DNA of 64,000 bases from Candidatus Heimdallarchaeota archaeon (GTDB lineage Archaea > Asgardarchaeota > Heimdallarchaeia > Heimdallarchaeales > Heimdallarchaeaceae): NCBI GenBank assembly GCA_021399345.1, contig JAAFKI010000154.1, positions 1-64,000 on the forward strand, read 5' to 3'. Within the stretch, counting starts at the first letter, position 1, and each line of letters begins with the position of its first letter. The translations under genes were made by a program, and so were the position numbers. The notes beneath the pieces are model-generated. The model saw nothing but the letters and a program-made list of their open reading frames with translations, was not told the origin of the DNA and did not search any database. This document shows positions 30,107 through 39,930 of this stretch, piece after piece.

Positions 30107-31144
30107 ATGACTTCACTTGAAGAATATGAAACAATTGATCTCTTCTCCAATTGGGACCAAAAAACACAATCTATATTAACACTTGATAACCTAAAGAAAT
30201 GGTTTCCTGTAAGTCAACAGTCAATCCTTTTCTCTCGAGTGGTTGCAAATATTAAGGCTGTTGATGGTGTAAACCTATTTCTTAACAAGGGTGAAACTCT
30301 GGGTCTAGTTGGTGAATCAGGCTGTGGCAAAAGTACAACAGCCAGAGTTGCTGTCAAGTTAGAAGAACCTACCGAGGGTTCTGTTTATTTCAAAGGAATA
30401 GACATCTTCCAACCTATGTCTCGTGAAGAAGAACTAGCTGTTAAACGTCAATTACAGATGGTTTTCCAAGATCCTTATTCCAGTTTGAATCCAAGGAGAA
30501 TGGTTCTTGATCTAATCAAAGAGCCTTTTGATATACATTATCCAGATATGCTCTATGAAGAAAAAGAATCAAGAGTCCTTGAAATTCTTGCAAAGGTAGG
30601 ATTAGAAGATTACCATGCTTTAAGATATCCTCACGAGTTCAGTGGTGGTCAAAGACAAAGATTAGGTATTGCAAGGTCTTTAGCAATTCATCCTGAAGTA
30701 ATTTTATTAGATGAACCAGTTTCAGCTCTTGATGTCTCAGTACAGGCACAAATCTTGAATCTTCTACATGATTTGCAAAAGGATTTCGATCTAACTTTCA
30801 TGTTTATTGCACATGATCTCAGTGTTATCAAACATGTTTCAGATAGAGTAGCCGTAATGTACCTAGGAAAAATCATGGAAATGTGTCCAACAGGAGAATT
30901 GTTCCGTAAGACAGCTCATCCCTATTCAGTATCTTTGCTATCAGCTATTCCTCGTCCAGATCCTCGTATAAAGATGGATCGTATAATTCTTGAGGGCGAT
31001 GTTCCAAGTGCAATTAATCCTCCTACAGGATGCCCATTTCACCCAAGATGTTACAAGGCTCAAGAGATATGCTCGAAAGTTACTCCTGAATTAGAGGAAA
31101 TAGAACCACATCACTACGTTTCATGTCATTTTCCAGAAATTTAA
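30107..31144 (+). CDS. Oligopeptide ABC ATPase DppF-like
   Basis: [33 protein letters not shown]. Confidence 0.95.
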   Translation: MTSLEEYETIDLFSNWDQKTQSILTLDNLKKWFPVSQQSILFSRVVANIKAVDGVNLFLNKGETLGLVGESGCGKSTTARVAVKLEEPTEGSVYFKGIDIFQPMSREEELAVKRQLQMVFQDPYSSLNPRRMVLDLIKEPFDIHYPDMLYEEKESRVLEILAKVGLEDYHALRYPHEFSGGQRQRLGIARSLAIHPEVILLDEPVSALDVSVQAQILNLLHDLQKDFDLTFMFIAHDLSVIKHVSDRVAVMYLGKIMEMCPTGELFRKTAHPYSVSLLSAIPRPDPRIKMDRIILEGDVPSAINPPTGCPFHPRCYKAQEICSKVTPELEEIEPHHYVSCHFPEI

Positions 31145-31235
31145 TTTATTACTTTTTTCTTTTCTTTTCTTTTTATTTTTGAATTAACTCTGAACAATAG
31201 AGAGTCTTTTAACTTTATTCGATAAAAACACCCTA

Positions 31236-31814
31236 ATGCATGGGTCACAATATTTCAAGAAACGAATTTATACTTTCAAAGCATTCAGGCGAGATGCTTC
31301 CAAAATATTCAGAAATAGATCTCAGATTAAAGAATCTAGGAAATCAGAGAGACTGTCTCCACAGTTCAGAGAGCGAATTATGTTAGCTGTAACAGCTGTT
31401 TATGGTTGTAGATATTGTGAATGGGGTCATACAAAATCAGCATTAAATCTTGGGTGTACAGAAGAAGAGATAGAACAGATTATGAGGTACGATTTCGGCT
31501 CTTGTGACCCTGATGAAGTTATAGGTCTTGCTTATGCCCAACACTATGCTGAATCAGGTGGATCACCAGCAGAAGACGCAAAACAGAAATTATTGGAATT
31601 TTATGGTGAACAAAAGGCTCGAGACATTCAACTATACATAGATATGGTTACAATAGGGAACTTACTTGGAAATACAGTAGATGCTTTTGAAAGTAGACTA
31701 AAGGGTTTACCACCAGAGAATGGATCGTTTCTATTTGAGTTGTTACTCTATTCCTTAGGTTTTCCTTTTGTTATTATCTTCAATAGAAAAGAGAAAAAGA
31801 AACGTAAAAATTAG
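31236..31814 (+). CDS. Carboxymuconolactone decarboxylase/AhpD-like protein
   Basis: RERIMLAVT...GCRYC...H motif. Confidence 0.85.
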   Translation: MHGSQYFKKRIYTFKAFRRDASKIFRNRSQIKESRKSERLSPQFRERIMLAVTAVYGCRYCEWGHTKSALNLGCTEEEIEQIMRYDFGSCDPDEVIGLAYAQHYAESGGSPAEDAKQKLLEFYGEQKARDIQLYIDMVTIGNLLGNTVDAFESRLKGLPPENGSFLFELLLYSLGFPFVIIFNRKEKKKRKN

Positions 31815-32845
31815 TAGCCTTCTTCAAGATTTACCTCATTCAAGAATTTCTTTTTACCTTTTGCAAATCTACGTATATTTTCTATTTGTTCATCCCATCT
31901 TTTTAGATCACCCATAGGTGATGCACCTCTATGAGGGGACAAAATGACATTGTCTAGTTCATGAAAAGGATATGAGGAAGGATATTTTTTCCCTTTGTCA
32001 TCTTCTTCTGGTTGATAATTATACCAAACATCGATAGCAGCACCAGTTATTTTGCCTTCCTTCAAGGCTTCAAATAAGCTCTTCTCATCAATGATTGACC
32101 CTCTACCTACATTAACAAGTAAACTATCTTCCCCTAGTAATTCAAGTTCTTTTTCTTGGATTAAACCTTCGGTTACAGATGTTAAAGGTAAGGCAACAAC
32201 TAGAATATCAATTTCTCTCAGGAATTTCGGAAGGTCCTCAAAAGAATACTGCTCTGCAGGAGTGACTAAAGGTTTTATTTGTTTGCTCCAATTATTTCTT
32301 AGAATGGAAAAATCGATATCGAATCCAGACAGAAAAGTGTGTACTAATCTATTAACTGCTCCATATCCTAGTAAACCTACTTTTCTTCCACGTAGAGGTA
32401 TAGAAGTAGCAAATGAATCACCTCTTCTCCAATGACCCTCAACCATCCAATTATGGTGAAGAATCACCTTGTTCATTAGAGCCAATAAGATTGCTACAAC
32501 ATGTTGTGCAGTAAAGTAGGCATTACCATGTCCATTGACTAAAGTTATCTTTCTATTTGTTGTTACTTCTCTGAAAAGAGGAACAAGATGTTGTACTCCT
32601 GCTCCTGGATTAATGAAAAGTTGAAGCTTGGTAGCTGCATTAAGTAATTCTTTAGAGGGACGCCACCCCATTATTATATCAGCTTCTGGAACAAGTTCTA
32701 GCAAATTTTGTTCAGAAAGATCTTCAGGAAAAACTAGATTGACATTGGGATATACTTTTAGTCCTTCTTCCAGATAATTTCTTAAAATATCGTTTGGTTT
32801 CCAGATACAAAGAACACTTACTTCTTTTTCACTCATTATTGACAT
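31811..32845 (-). CDS. D-isomer-specific 2-hydroxyacid dehydrogenase
   Basis: GLLGYGAV, LVNVGRG, AIDVW, SPHRG. Confidence 0.92.
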   Translation of the reverse strand: MSIMSEKEVSVLCIWKPNDILRNYLEEGLKVYPNVNLVFPEDLSEQNLLELVPEADIIMGWRPSKELLNAATKLQLFINPGAGVQHLVPLFREVTTNRKITLVNGHGNAYFTAQHVVAILLALMNKVILHHNWMVEGHWRRGDSFATSIPLRGRKVGLLGYGAVNRLVHTFLSGFDIDFSILRNNWSKQIKPLVTPAEQYSFEDLPKFLREIDILVVALPLTSVTEGLIQEKELELLGEDSLLVNVGRGSIIDEKSLFEALKEGKITGAAIDVWYNYQPEEDDKGKKYPSSYPFHELDNVILSPHRGASPMGDLKRWDEQIENIRRFAKGKKKFLNEVNLEEGY

Positions 32846-32866
32846 GAAAAGATTACTTGATTTTAA

Positions 32867-32904
32867 CCTTTAGTTTATAACTGCCTTTTAGTTTATAACT
32901 GCCT
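32867..32904. repeat. Tandem duplication of a 17/18-bp unit containing AGTT-TAT-AACT in a divergent promoter region
   Basis: cctttagtttataactg + ccttttagtttataactg + cct. Confidence 0.8.
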
Positions 32905-32983
32905 ATGTATCTTACTAATTGATAACTAGAAGAGTGTATGAAAATGTCAAGGGTAAAGATATCTGTTATTAAAAATAGTTCAG

Positions 32984-33841
32984 GTGATTAAAATGAAATT
33001 TGGTTATACATTAGAAAACTTTGACATGAATTTAGAAAGAGATTTATTAATTGAAACTGCTAAAATTGCAGAAAAAGCAGGTTTTGAATCTCTTTGGACT
33101 GTTGATCATATCATGCAATCTGATGAAAAAGGTTTGACAATCTATGGAAATACTACTACTGCACTCTACAATAATATTGCTGAACCCTTAACAACGATAG
33201 CTTTTCTCGCAGGACATACAAATAAAATTAAATTTGGAGTTTCTACTCTAGTTCTTCCTATAAGGAATCCCATTATTGTTGCTAAACAGTTAGCTACTTT
33301 AGATTATTTAACTAATGGAAGAATTGTAATGACATTCGGTGCGGGATGGAATGAATCTGAATTTGGCTTTCTTGGAGAAAATTACAAGAAACGAGGAAGC
33401 AAACTTCGAGAATGTCTTCAGATTATAAGAGCCTTATGGAATGGTGAAACTTCATTTGAAGGAAATTATTATCAATTCCAAAACGTATGTTTCCAGCCTT
33501 TAAGACCTGAACTTTCCAAATTACCCTTAATTGTCGCAGGAACATCTGACTATATGATAGAAACAGCAATAGTATATGGTGATGGGTTACATCCAGCTGG
33601 TGCAAGTGGGCAGGAAATCAAACAGATAATTGCACCTTATCAAGATAGATTAAATGGTAGAGATTTCTATTTATCAGTTCATGTTGACATTTACAGAGAT
33701 ACGAATCTGGAAAAATTAGTTAACGATTATGAAGAAAATGGAATTCATAGAGTCATTTTTGATCTATCCAGAGGAGATATCAAGCCAGAAGAAAGAATAG
33801 AGTTTCTAGAACGATTAAGTGATTATGTAAGAAACTTTTAA
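32984..33841 (+). CDS. LLM-class (probably F420-dependent) oxidoreductase
   Basis: AEKAGFESLWTVDH, RNP..VAKQLATLD.L..GR, GAGWNESEF. Confidence 0.9.
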   Translation: MIKMKFGYTLENFDMNLERDLLIETAKIAEKAGFESLWTVDHIMQSDEKGLTIYGNTTTALYNNIAEPLTTIAFLAGHTNKIKFGVSTLVLPIRNPIIVAKQLATLDYLTNGRIVMTFGAGWNESEFGFLGENYKKRGSKLRECLQIIRALWNGETSFEGNYYQFQNVCFQPLRPELSKLPLIVAGTSDYMIETAIVYGDGLHPAGASGQEIKQIIAPYQDRLNGRDFYLSVHVDIYRDTNLEKLVNDYEENGIHRVIFDLSRGDIKPEERIEFLERLSDYVRNF

Positions 33842-33868
33842 ACTATTTGTGAATCAAATGTCATTTAG

Positions 33869-35164
33869 ATGATGTTTGATAAAGAATTAATTGAGCAAAT
33901 TAGAACAGCCTTTCCTAGAGCAGTTTCTGATTTCAATGGACGGAAGCGTGCTTTCTTTGATAATGGTACAGCAACACTTGTTGTTGATAAAGCAGCAAAA
34001 GCTGAAACTGAAGCTCGAATCAATTGGAGTGCTAATGTAGGTGGTATTTTTGACGAGTCCAGAAAAGCAAGTGAAATTATCCTTGCGGGGAGACAATCGG
34101 TAGCAGATTTCTTAAACACTCCCGACCCATCAACTATCATCTCTGGAGAATCTGCGACTTCATTGCTCTTTAACTTAAGCTACGCTCTTGGCAAAGAACT
34201 TACTGGTAATGAAAATGTTGTTACAACAGATTATGAGCATTATACTAACGTAGACCCTTGGGTAGAACTGAATAAACGTGGAAAAATCAAGAAGGTTCGA
34301 TTTGCCAAGCTGAACATGGAAGAAGGTACACTCAATATGGATCACTTACAAGAATTGATAGATTCTAACACAAAAATTGTTACCATTACAGCTGCTTCGA
34401 ACATGCTGGGAACAAAAAGTCCTTTAGAAAAGATTGGAAAATTGGCACGAGAAGTTGGTGCACACTTTATAGTGGATGCAGTACATCACATTCCTCATGG
34501 CCCAACTGATGTTCAAGCTTTAGACTGTGACTTTCTTGTTTTTTCAGGATACAAACTCTTTACTTCTCATGGTAGTTTTCTCTATGGTAAAAAAGAGCAT
34601 CTTGAAAATCTTCAACCTTTCAAGGTAAGAACAGCTCCCAAAACTTCTCCTGGCAAATTCGAGTGGGGAACTAGGAATCAAACAACATTCGCAGCTTTTA
34701 GTGGTGTTATTGATCATTTTCTTTGGTTATCAAAAGAAGTTCAATCCAAGTACGAAAATGAATTCTCGAATTTTGATGAAAATAAGCGTGCATTGAAGAT
34801 TGCAATGGATGCAATAGAACAGTACGAAACAGAATTTTCCAAAGCCATCCTTACTGGATTTGATGACATCCCAGGTTTGCTAGACATGCCAAAAGTAACA
34901 GTATACGGATTGACTGACCTAAACCGATTAGACGAAAGAGACCCAACCTTTTCCTTTGAAGTAGAAAACATTCCTGAAGAAGAAGTAGTTAAACGCCTTT
35001 GGAAGGAAGGAGGGATAGCTGCTCGCGCAGGTCACTATTATTCATATGCTCAAGATATCTATAATAAGCAGAAGATTATCAGAATTAGTTTAGTTCACTA
35101 CAATACAATAGAAGAAATCAGGCTATTCTTGAAAACCTTGGATTCAATATGCAAATCAAGATAA
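33869..35164 (+). CDS. Class V aminotransferase, cysteine-desulfurase-like
   Basis: FDNG, EH..N..PW, VDAVH, FSGYK, RISLVHYNT. Confidence 0.88.
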   Translation: MMFDKELIEQIRTAFPRAVSDFNGRKRAFFDNGTATLVVDKAAKAETEARINWSANVGGIFDESRKASEIILAGRQSVADFLNTPDPSTIISGESATSLLFNLSYALGKELTGNENVVTTDYEHYTNVDPWVELNKRGKIKKVRFAKLNMEEGTLNMDHLQELIDSNTKIVTITAASNMLGTKSPLEKIGKLAREVGAHFIVDAVHHIPHGPTDVQALDCDFLVFSGYKLFTSHGSFLYGKKEHLENLQPFKVRTAPKTSPGKFEWGTRNQTTFAAFSGVIDHFLWLSKEVQSKYENEFSNFDENKRALKIAMDAIEQYETEFSKAILTGFDDIPGLLDMPKVTVYGLTDLNRLDERDPTFSFEVENIPEEEVVKRLWKEGGIAARAGHYYSYAQDIYNKQKIIRISLVHYNTIEEIRLFLKTLDSICKSR

Positions 35165-35201
35165 CACTCAACTCTAACAGAAATAAGTTAGATGGAAAAA
35201 G

Positions 35202-35283
35202 GAAGCTAGCGCTACTAAGCTTGCCATATCATTAATAAGAATGCAACGTCTGAACCACCAAGCAGAGTAGGCAAGCTAACTTC
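35202..35283 (-). ncRNA. Putative small RNA copy A (GAAGCUAGC-stem family)
   Basis: 5' GAAGTTAGC pairs with 3' GCTAGCTTC (one G.U); TATA at 35305-35313; homologous loci at 56429 and 62097. Confidence 0.55.
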
Positions 35284-35354
35284 AGAAGGATATGAAGAAA
35301 AGAGTATAAAAACACAAAAAAATTGAAACAATAATTGTAATTAAGAAGGAAGGA

Positions 35355-35431
35355 TGGCGCCGCTGGTAGGATTTGAACCTACGACCGATCGGTTAACAGC
35401 CGATTGCTCCACCAGACTGAGCTACAACGGC
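35355..35431 (-). tRNA. tRNA-Asn(GTT), CCA encoded
   Basis: ATCGG-CTGTTAA-CCGAT anticodon arm, GGTTCAAATCC. Confidence 0.96.
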
Positions 35432-35503
35432 ATCCTTTTGGTTACATTCGTTCTACTTCCTTTTTCTTTTTAAACCTTTTTTTCTGTTCTCTAATTTTAT
35501 TAA

Positions 35504-36772
35504 CTAAGTTTTTTCTAGAGCATTGTAAACTAAATCAGTAATTCTGAAAGTTTCAATTGGAAGTATCCAATTATTGTCAACTGGGCAGTATTGTGTCATA
35601 ACAACCGTAACCAACTGATTTGTTGGATCTATTCTGAAAAGGACATTTAAAGCTCCAGCCCAACCATATTCACCAATAGCGCATTTATGCATATTTTCAG
35701 CTGTTTTAACTACTACACCTAGACCAAAACCAAATCCTTCATTTCGCTTAATTATCTCAGAATCTTCAGGTTGAAAGAATTGCATTTCTAGATAACTCTT
35801 ACCATCAGGTAATTGGTTTGATGACATCAGGTCAATTGTTTTCTTTGAGATGACTTTATTACCATTATACTGTCCGCCATTTAACATCATTATACAAAAT
35901 TTAAGATAATCTTCTAAAGTTGAAACCAAACCTGCTCCTCCAGACAAGAATATTGGTTTGTGGTTATAACCCTCTGCTATAGAATCAGTTATTTCAATTA
36001 AGTTGCTTTCCTGATCTTTTGTATATACTTCCACAAATCTATCTTGTTTTTCAAGAGGAACGTAAAAATCTGTATCCTTCATACCAATCTTATCAAAAAT
36101 ACGTTCTTTAAGAAATACGTCAAATGCCTTTCCAGAAAACTTTTCGATTAATAAACCCAAGACATCATGGCCAAAAGCATACCAGAAACGTGATCCTGGT
36201 TCTGAAATTAAAGGAAGACTCGCTAAACGTTTGCCAAAATTCTCTAAAGTTCCAATTCTTTGATGTTCTTCTAATACAGACTTTATTCTATTCTCGCCAG
36301 TAAAACCAAACTTCTCCCCATATAGTTTGTCAGCGGGTATACTAGGATAAAAACCATAGCTAAGTCCAGATGTATGTGTGAAAAGCTGTTTTATAGTTAT
36401 GGGATTCTTAATATCTTCTAATTCAATTTCACCCGTTTCATGGTTATATGATTTTAGTATTTTCATATTCTTGAACTCAGGAAGATATTTTTCTAATGGA
36501 TCATTTAACTCATATTTTCCCTCTTCGTGTAGTATTAATGCTGCTAAACATGTAATTGGCTTAGTCATAGAATGTATTCGGAAGATATCATCGAAGGCAA
36601 TAGAAATTTTATCTCCTTTGTCTTTCCAACCAAATTTGTTACAATAAACCAGATCTCCCTTCTTGTAAACGGCACATAAAATTCCTCCAGTATCATCATC
36701 ATCTATGTATTTTTGAAATTCAGATGTTAAATCTGTGAATGATTCTGGATTTCTTACTTCTATTTTCATCAA
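35504..36772 (-). CDS. Beta-lactamase-family serine hydrolase
   Basis: SMTK (SxxK), FTHTSG, PGSRFWY, GWAG. Confidence 0.92.
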   Translation of the reverse strand: MMKIEVRNPESFTDLTSEFQKYIDDDDTGGILCAVYKKGDLVYCNKFGWKDKGDKISIAFDDIFRIHSMTKPITCLAALILHEEGKYELNDPLEKYLPEFKNMKILKSYNHETGEIELEDIKNPITIKQLFTHTSGLSYGFYPSIPADKLYGEKFGFTGENRIKSVLEEHQRIGTLENFGKRLASLPLISEPGSRFWYAFGHDVLGLLIEKFSGKAFDVFLKERIFDKIGMKDTDFYVPLEKQDRFVEVYTKDQESNLIEITDSIAEGYNHKPIFLSGGAGLVSTLEDYLKFCIMMLNGGQYNGNKVISKKTIDLMSSNQLPDGKSYLEMQFFQPEDSEIIKRNEGFGFGLGVVVKTAENMHKCAIGEYGWAGALNVLFRIDPTNQLVTVVMTQYCPVDNNWILPIETFRITDLVYNALEKT

Positions 36773-36874
36773 AAATAATGTTATTTCTTCTTTTTTATAT
36801 CCTTTTGCCTAATTTTTTAGAATTTCTCATAGGAAGAATTATCAGCAAGGAACCGTCAGTTTACTAGAGTAAAT

Positions 36875-37549
36875 ATGGATATTAGTGCTCAGGAAGAGTT
36901 GTTTGAGAAGAATTGGGAGCATTATAGTAAAATTCTGTTAGAAGATAGAGTACCTCTTTTTGATGATAGTGTAATCTACTCTGGAAAAAAACTCTATGAT
37001 AAAAACAATCCTCCTTTTCTAGCCTCTATTGTTAAGGTTCCTCATTCCCTTTGTGAAAACCTCCAACAAATTCAAGCTGCTTTCGATAGGATTGATCACA
37101 GACATACTTATTTTCATCCCATATATTTTCACATTACTCTAAAAGAATTTGGCTGGGAGGACCAAGTAGAAATCAAGGAAATCAGTGAAAAAATGACAAG
37201 GGTTGCAAATAATTTTTCACCTTTTGAATTAGAAATCAAAGGAATTAATTGCTTTGAAAGAATCATTTTTGCACAAGTGTTCGATAAGAATCAGGTTCTA
37301 GAATCTATCTTTAATAAGATTTTTGAAGAGTTTCCACATTTGGAAAAATACTTCCCATTTTATATTCCCCACATATCTTTAGCTAGAATAGAAACAACTG
37401 AAGCCAGAAATTTAATTCATGTGATAAATGAAAAATATAGAAATATGGAAATTGGATTTATGCGAGTAGAAGATATTCAGATTGTAGCGGCTAGACCTTA
37501 TCTAACGGTTGGAAGGATAGATATCCGTGAGAAAATCAGTCTTGGATAA
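36875..37549 (+). CDS. 2H phosphoesterase (2'-5' RNA ligase family)
   Basis: FHITL and PHISL motifs. Confidence 0.88.
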   Translation: MDISAQEELFEKNWEHYSKILLEDRVPLFDDSVIYSGKKLYDKNNPPFLASIVKVPHSLCENLQQIQAAFDRIDHRHTYFHPIYFHITLKEFGWEDQVEIKEISEKMTRVANNFSPFELEIKGINCFERIIFAQVFDKNQVLESIFNKIFEEFPHLEKYFPFYIPHISLARIETTEARNLIHVINEKYRNMEIGFMRVEDIQIVAARPYLTVGRIDIREKISLG

Positions 37550-37610
37550 AAGATAGTAACAATCAAAATATTTTTTATACGAATATCATCAAAACTCCTT
37601 GCAAAGTATT

Positions 37611-37685
37611 GCCTCGGTAACTCAGTGGTAGAGTGATTGACTTGTAATCAATTAGTCGAGGGTTCAATTCCCTTCCGAGGCTCCA
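37611..37685 (+). tRNA. tRNA-Thr(TGT), CCA encoded
   Basis: GCCTCGG acceptor, ATTGA-CTTGTAA-TCAAT anticodon arm. Confidence 0.95.
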
Positions 37686-37706
37686 TCTTTTTCTTCTATT
37701 ACTTCA

Positions 37707-38240
37707 TTACAGTTTACTCTTTGCTTTTTCAATTATGTTTTGTATGAAATCTGATTTGCCTTCTGTATATTTTTCTCTATCATTTCCATATTTAAGAACT
37801 AATTTCTGTTTAAGTTCAGAATATTGTTCTACTTCTTTTGGATGTTTTCTCAAAAAATCTCTAAACAGAATATGTTTATCCCATTCATAATGACCTTTTA
37901 GCATAACATGAAGATGATGGGTTCTATAATTCTCTCCCCCTTTCACAAACATATGTCTATCTGGGATTCCCTGCTCTCCCCTATAGATAAAACCAACATT
38001 TTTTAGAGGAATAATGATTTTCTCAATATTATCAAGTGAATCAATAGCAACAGCGATATCTATTATTGGTTTAGCTACAGAGTTTGGAATGGCAGTGCTT
38101 CCAATGTGTTGGATATCAACTAGAAAATCAGCTATCACTGCTGACATTAACTCTTTTTCCTGTTTGAAAAAATCTTTCCACTGTAGATTATATGGTTTTA
38201 ACAGAACTGTACCACGTTTTAAACCAATCATCAAACCCAT
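37707..38240 (-). CDS. GrpB-family (UPF0157) nucleotidyltransferase-like protein
   Basis: HIGSTAIP...AKPIIDI, HHLHV, FRDFLR, YTEGK. Confidence 0.92.
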   Translation of the reverse strand: MGLMIGLKRGTVLLKPYNLQWKDFFKQEKELMSAVIADFLVDIQHIGSTAIPNSVAKPIIDIAVAIDSLDNIEKIIIPLKNVGFIYRGEQGIPDRHMFVKGGENYRTHHLHVMLKGHYEWDKHILFRDFLRKHPKEVEQYSELKQKLVLKYGNDREKYTEGKSDFIQNIIEKAKSKL

Positions 38241-38333
38241 TTTAAAAACAGTTTATTTAGATTTTTTCATCGCTCATAATAGCAAAATGATGATGACTCC
38301 CTCCCTTCGACAGAGACCTTACTTTGTTTGTTC

Positions 38334-38654
38334 TTATGAACTATCAGCTGTTACTATTTCCATTAATCCTAATATTTCGAGTAACTTTCTTTCTAAATCG
38401 ATTCCTACTACGCCTGCTAATGCTAAAGTACTGAGAAGACTCTCAATTAATTCATCCTCAATAGTTGGATCACATTCTAAACCTTCACAGTCATCTAATA
38501 TTTGGCTAGCAAAAGCATTCAACATTTTTTCTCCCATTATTCTGCTTGGAGTTTTTGGAATATTCATTACATCTAATTGTTTTACACTGTTTCTACTGTT
38601 AATGAGTTCAAGCAGTTTCTTTTGTGCCTCGCTAATTGTTACCATCATCATCAC
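38334..38654 (-). CDS. MazG-like helical protein (degenerate)
   Basis: TISEAQK...EDELIESL...LALAGVVGIDLE, resembling the MazG C-terminal pattern. Confidence 0.5.
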   Translation of the reverse strand: MMMMVTISEAQKKLLELINSRNSVKQLDVMNIPKTPSRIMGEKMLNAFASQILDDCEGLECDPTIEDELIESLLSTLALAGVVGIDLERKLLEILGLMEIVTADSS

Positions 38655-38824
38655 CTATTCTTCGGAGTTTTTCCTATTTATACAGAGATAATATTTACTT
38701 TTAAAATCATCTAATATATTTACTTAATGATTCATTGTTCCACAAGAAATCTAATAGAAAAAATTATTTTTTCCTTAGATGTGGATTCGTTAAGAAGAGG
38801 GGCTGAATCTCCGAAGAACCACCA

Positions 38825-38845
38825 TTTCCATTGGAAACTATGGGG
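38825..38845 (+). promoter_or_regulatory. Origin recognition box (ORB)-like motif
   Basis: TTTCCATTGGAAACTATGGGG matches the archaeal ORB pattern TCCAnnGGAAACnnnGGGG. Confidence 0.6.
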
Positions 38846-38888
38846 CGGGGCTTTAAACGGCTGAAAGACAACTAATCATTAAATTTAG

Positions 38889-38925
38889 GATTTTTGTCGG
38901 GAGTCTGTAAACTGATTTTTGTCGG
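38889..38925 (+). repeat. 12-bp direct repeat GATTTTTGTCGG, two copies at 25-bp period
   Basis: Copies at 38889-38900 and 38914-38925. Confidence 0.8.
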
Positions 38926-39051
38926 TAAGTGTAATACCAGCCTATTATCAAAAAAAGTAGTTTTCACTTAAATTTTCAAAGGTTTATACTAAAACAAATC
39001 TTTTCGATATCGAAATGTTAAAAAAAGGAGGAAGGGAAGACAATCCAACAT

Positions 39052-39127
39052 GGGCCAGTAGATCAGTTGGGAGATCGCATCGCTTGCACCGATGAGGCCT
39101 CGGGTTCAAGTCCCGACTGGTCCACCA
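39052..39127 (+). tRNA. tRNA-Ala(TGC), CCA encoded
   Basis: G3.U70 pair; CATCG-CTTGCAC-CGATG anticodon arm. Confidence 0.96.
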
Positions 39128-39193
39128 CCTTTACCTTTCAGAGTTAATGATTAAAGAAAGGTTTTTGTTTTCAAATAGAATAAGGATTTTGAA

Positions 39194-39919
39194 ATGATGG
39201 TTTCTGCAATTATTCCAGTCCATAATGAAGAAGGTAACGTTATACCTGTATACCGTGAACTAAAAGAGATATTGCAGAAGGTAACAACTGATTTTGAGAT
39301 AATCTTTGTAGACGATGGGTCGAAGGACACTACCTTGGATAAGCTTCTTTCACTTAAATCTAAGGAAGAAAAACTGCGTATTATTCAATTTAAAAAAAAC
39401 TATGGTAAAAGTGCAGCTCTTTCAGCTGGATTTGACAATGCAGAAGGAGATTCCATCATCACACTTGATGGAGATGGCCAAGATGACCCAAATAACATTC
39501 CTAATCTAATCAGTGCCTTAACAGAAGAATATGACTTTGTTTGTGGTTGGAGAGTTAAACGTAATGATAAATTTCTTAAAAAAACTAGCTCGAAAATTTA
39601 CAATTTTCTAAATAGGGTAATTAATCGAAGTAAAATCCATGATAATAATTGTATGCTGAGAATTTACAGAAAAGAAGCTGTTTCGGATTTAAAATTAACA
39701 AAAGGTGCACATAGATACATCCCAACAATTCTTACCAGTAAAGGTTTCAGAATTGCAGAAATAGAAGTCAATCATAGACCAAGATTAACAGGAAAATCAA
39801 GTTACGGTTTCAAACGGCTTTTTGTTGGATTCTTTCATTTATTCAGATTTCGTTCTTTTACTAGAATTAAGCAAAAGTCAGTATATGTAATAGAAAAGAA
39901 ATATGGTTTTGAGGAATGA
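39194..39919 (+). CDS. GT2 glycosyltransferase (DPM1/ArnC-like)
   Basis: IIPVHNEE, VDDGSKD, LDGDGQDDP. Confidence 0.92.
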   Translation: MMVSAIIPVHNEEGNVIPVYRELKEILQKVTTDFEIIFVDDGSKDTTLDKLLSLKSKEEKLRIIQFKKNYGKSAALSAGFDNAEGDSIITLDGDGQDDPNNIPNLISALTEEYDFVCGWRVKRNDKFLKKTSSKIYNFLNRVINRSKIHDNNCMLRIYRKEAVSDLKLTKGAHRYIPTILTSKGFRIAEIEVNHRPRLTGKSSYGFKRLFVGFFHLFRFRSFTRIKQKSVYVIEKKYGFEE

Positions 39920-39930
39920 TATCAAATAAT

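Noticed and set aside
33869-35164. Missing catalytic Cys (GHYYS) in the desulfurase-like protein
   Set aside because: Typical of a known Cys-less class V subfamily, so not novel
38285-38340. Possible C/D box sRNA (ATGATGA...CAGA)
   Set aside because: No properly placed CTGA D box or terminal stem; target could not be verified
38014-38691. 225-aa plus-strand ORF
   Set aside because: Antisense to the GrpB and MazG-like genes, with the Ser/Ile/Phe-rich composition of a shadow ORF
35355-39127. tRNA-bounded genomic island
   Set aside because: No integrase and no duplicated tRNA 3' end (att site) seen
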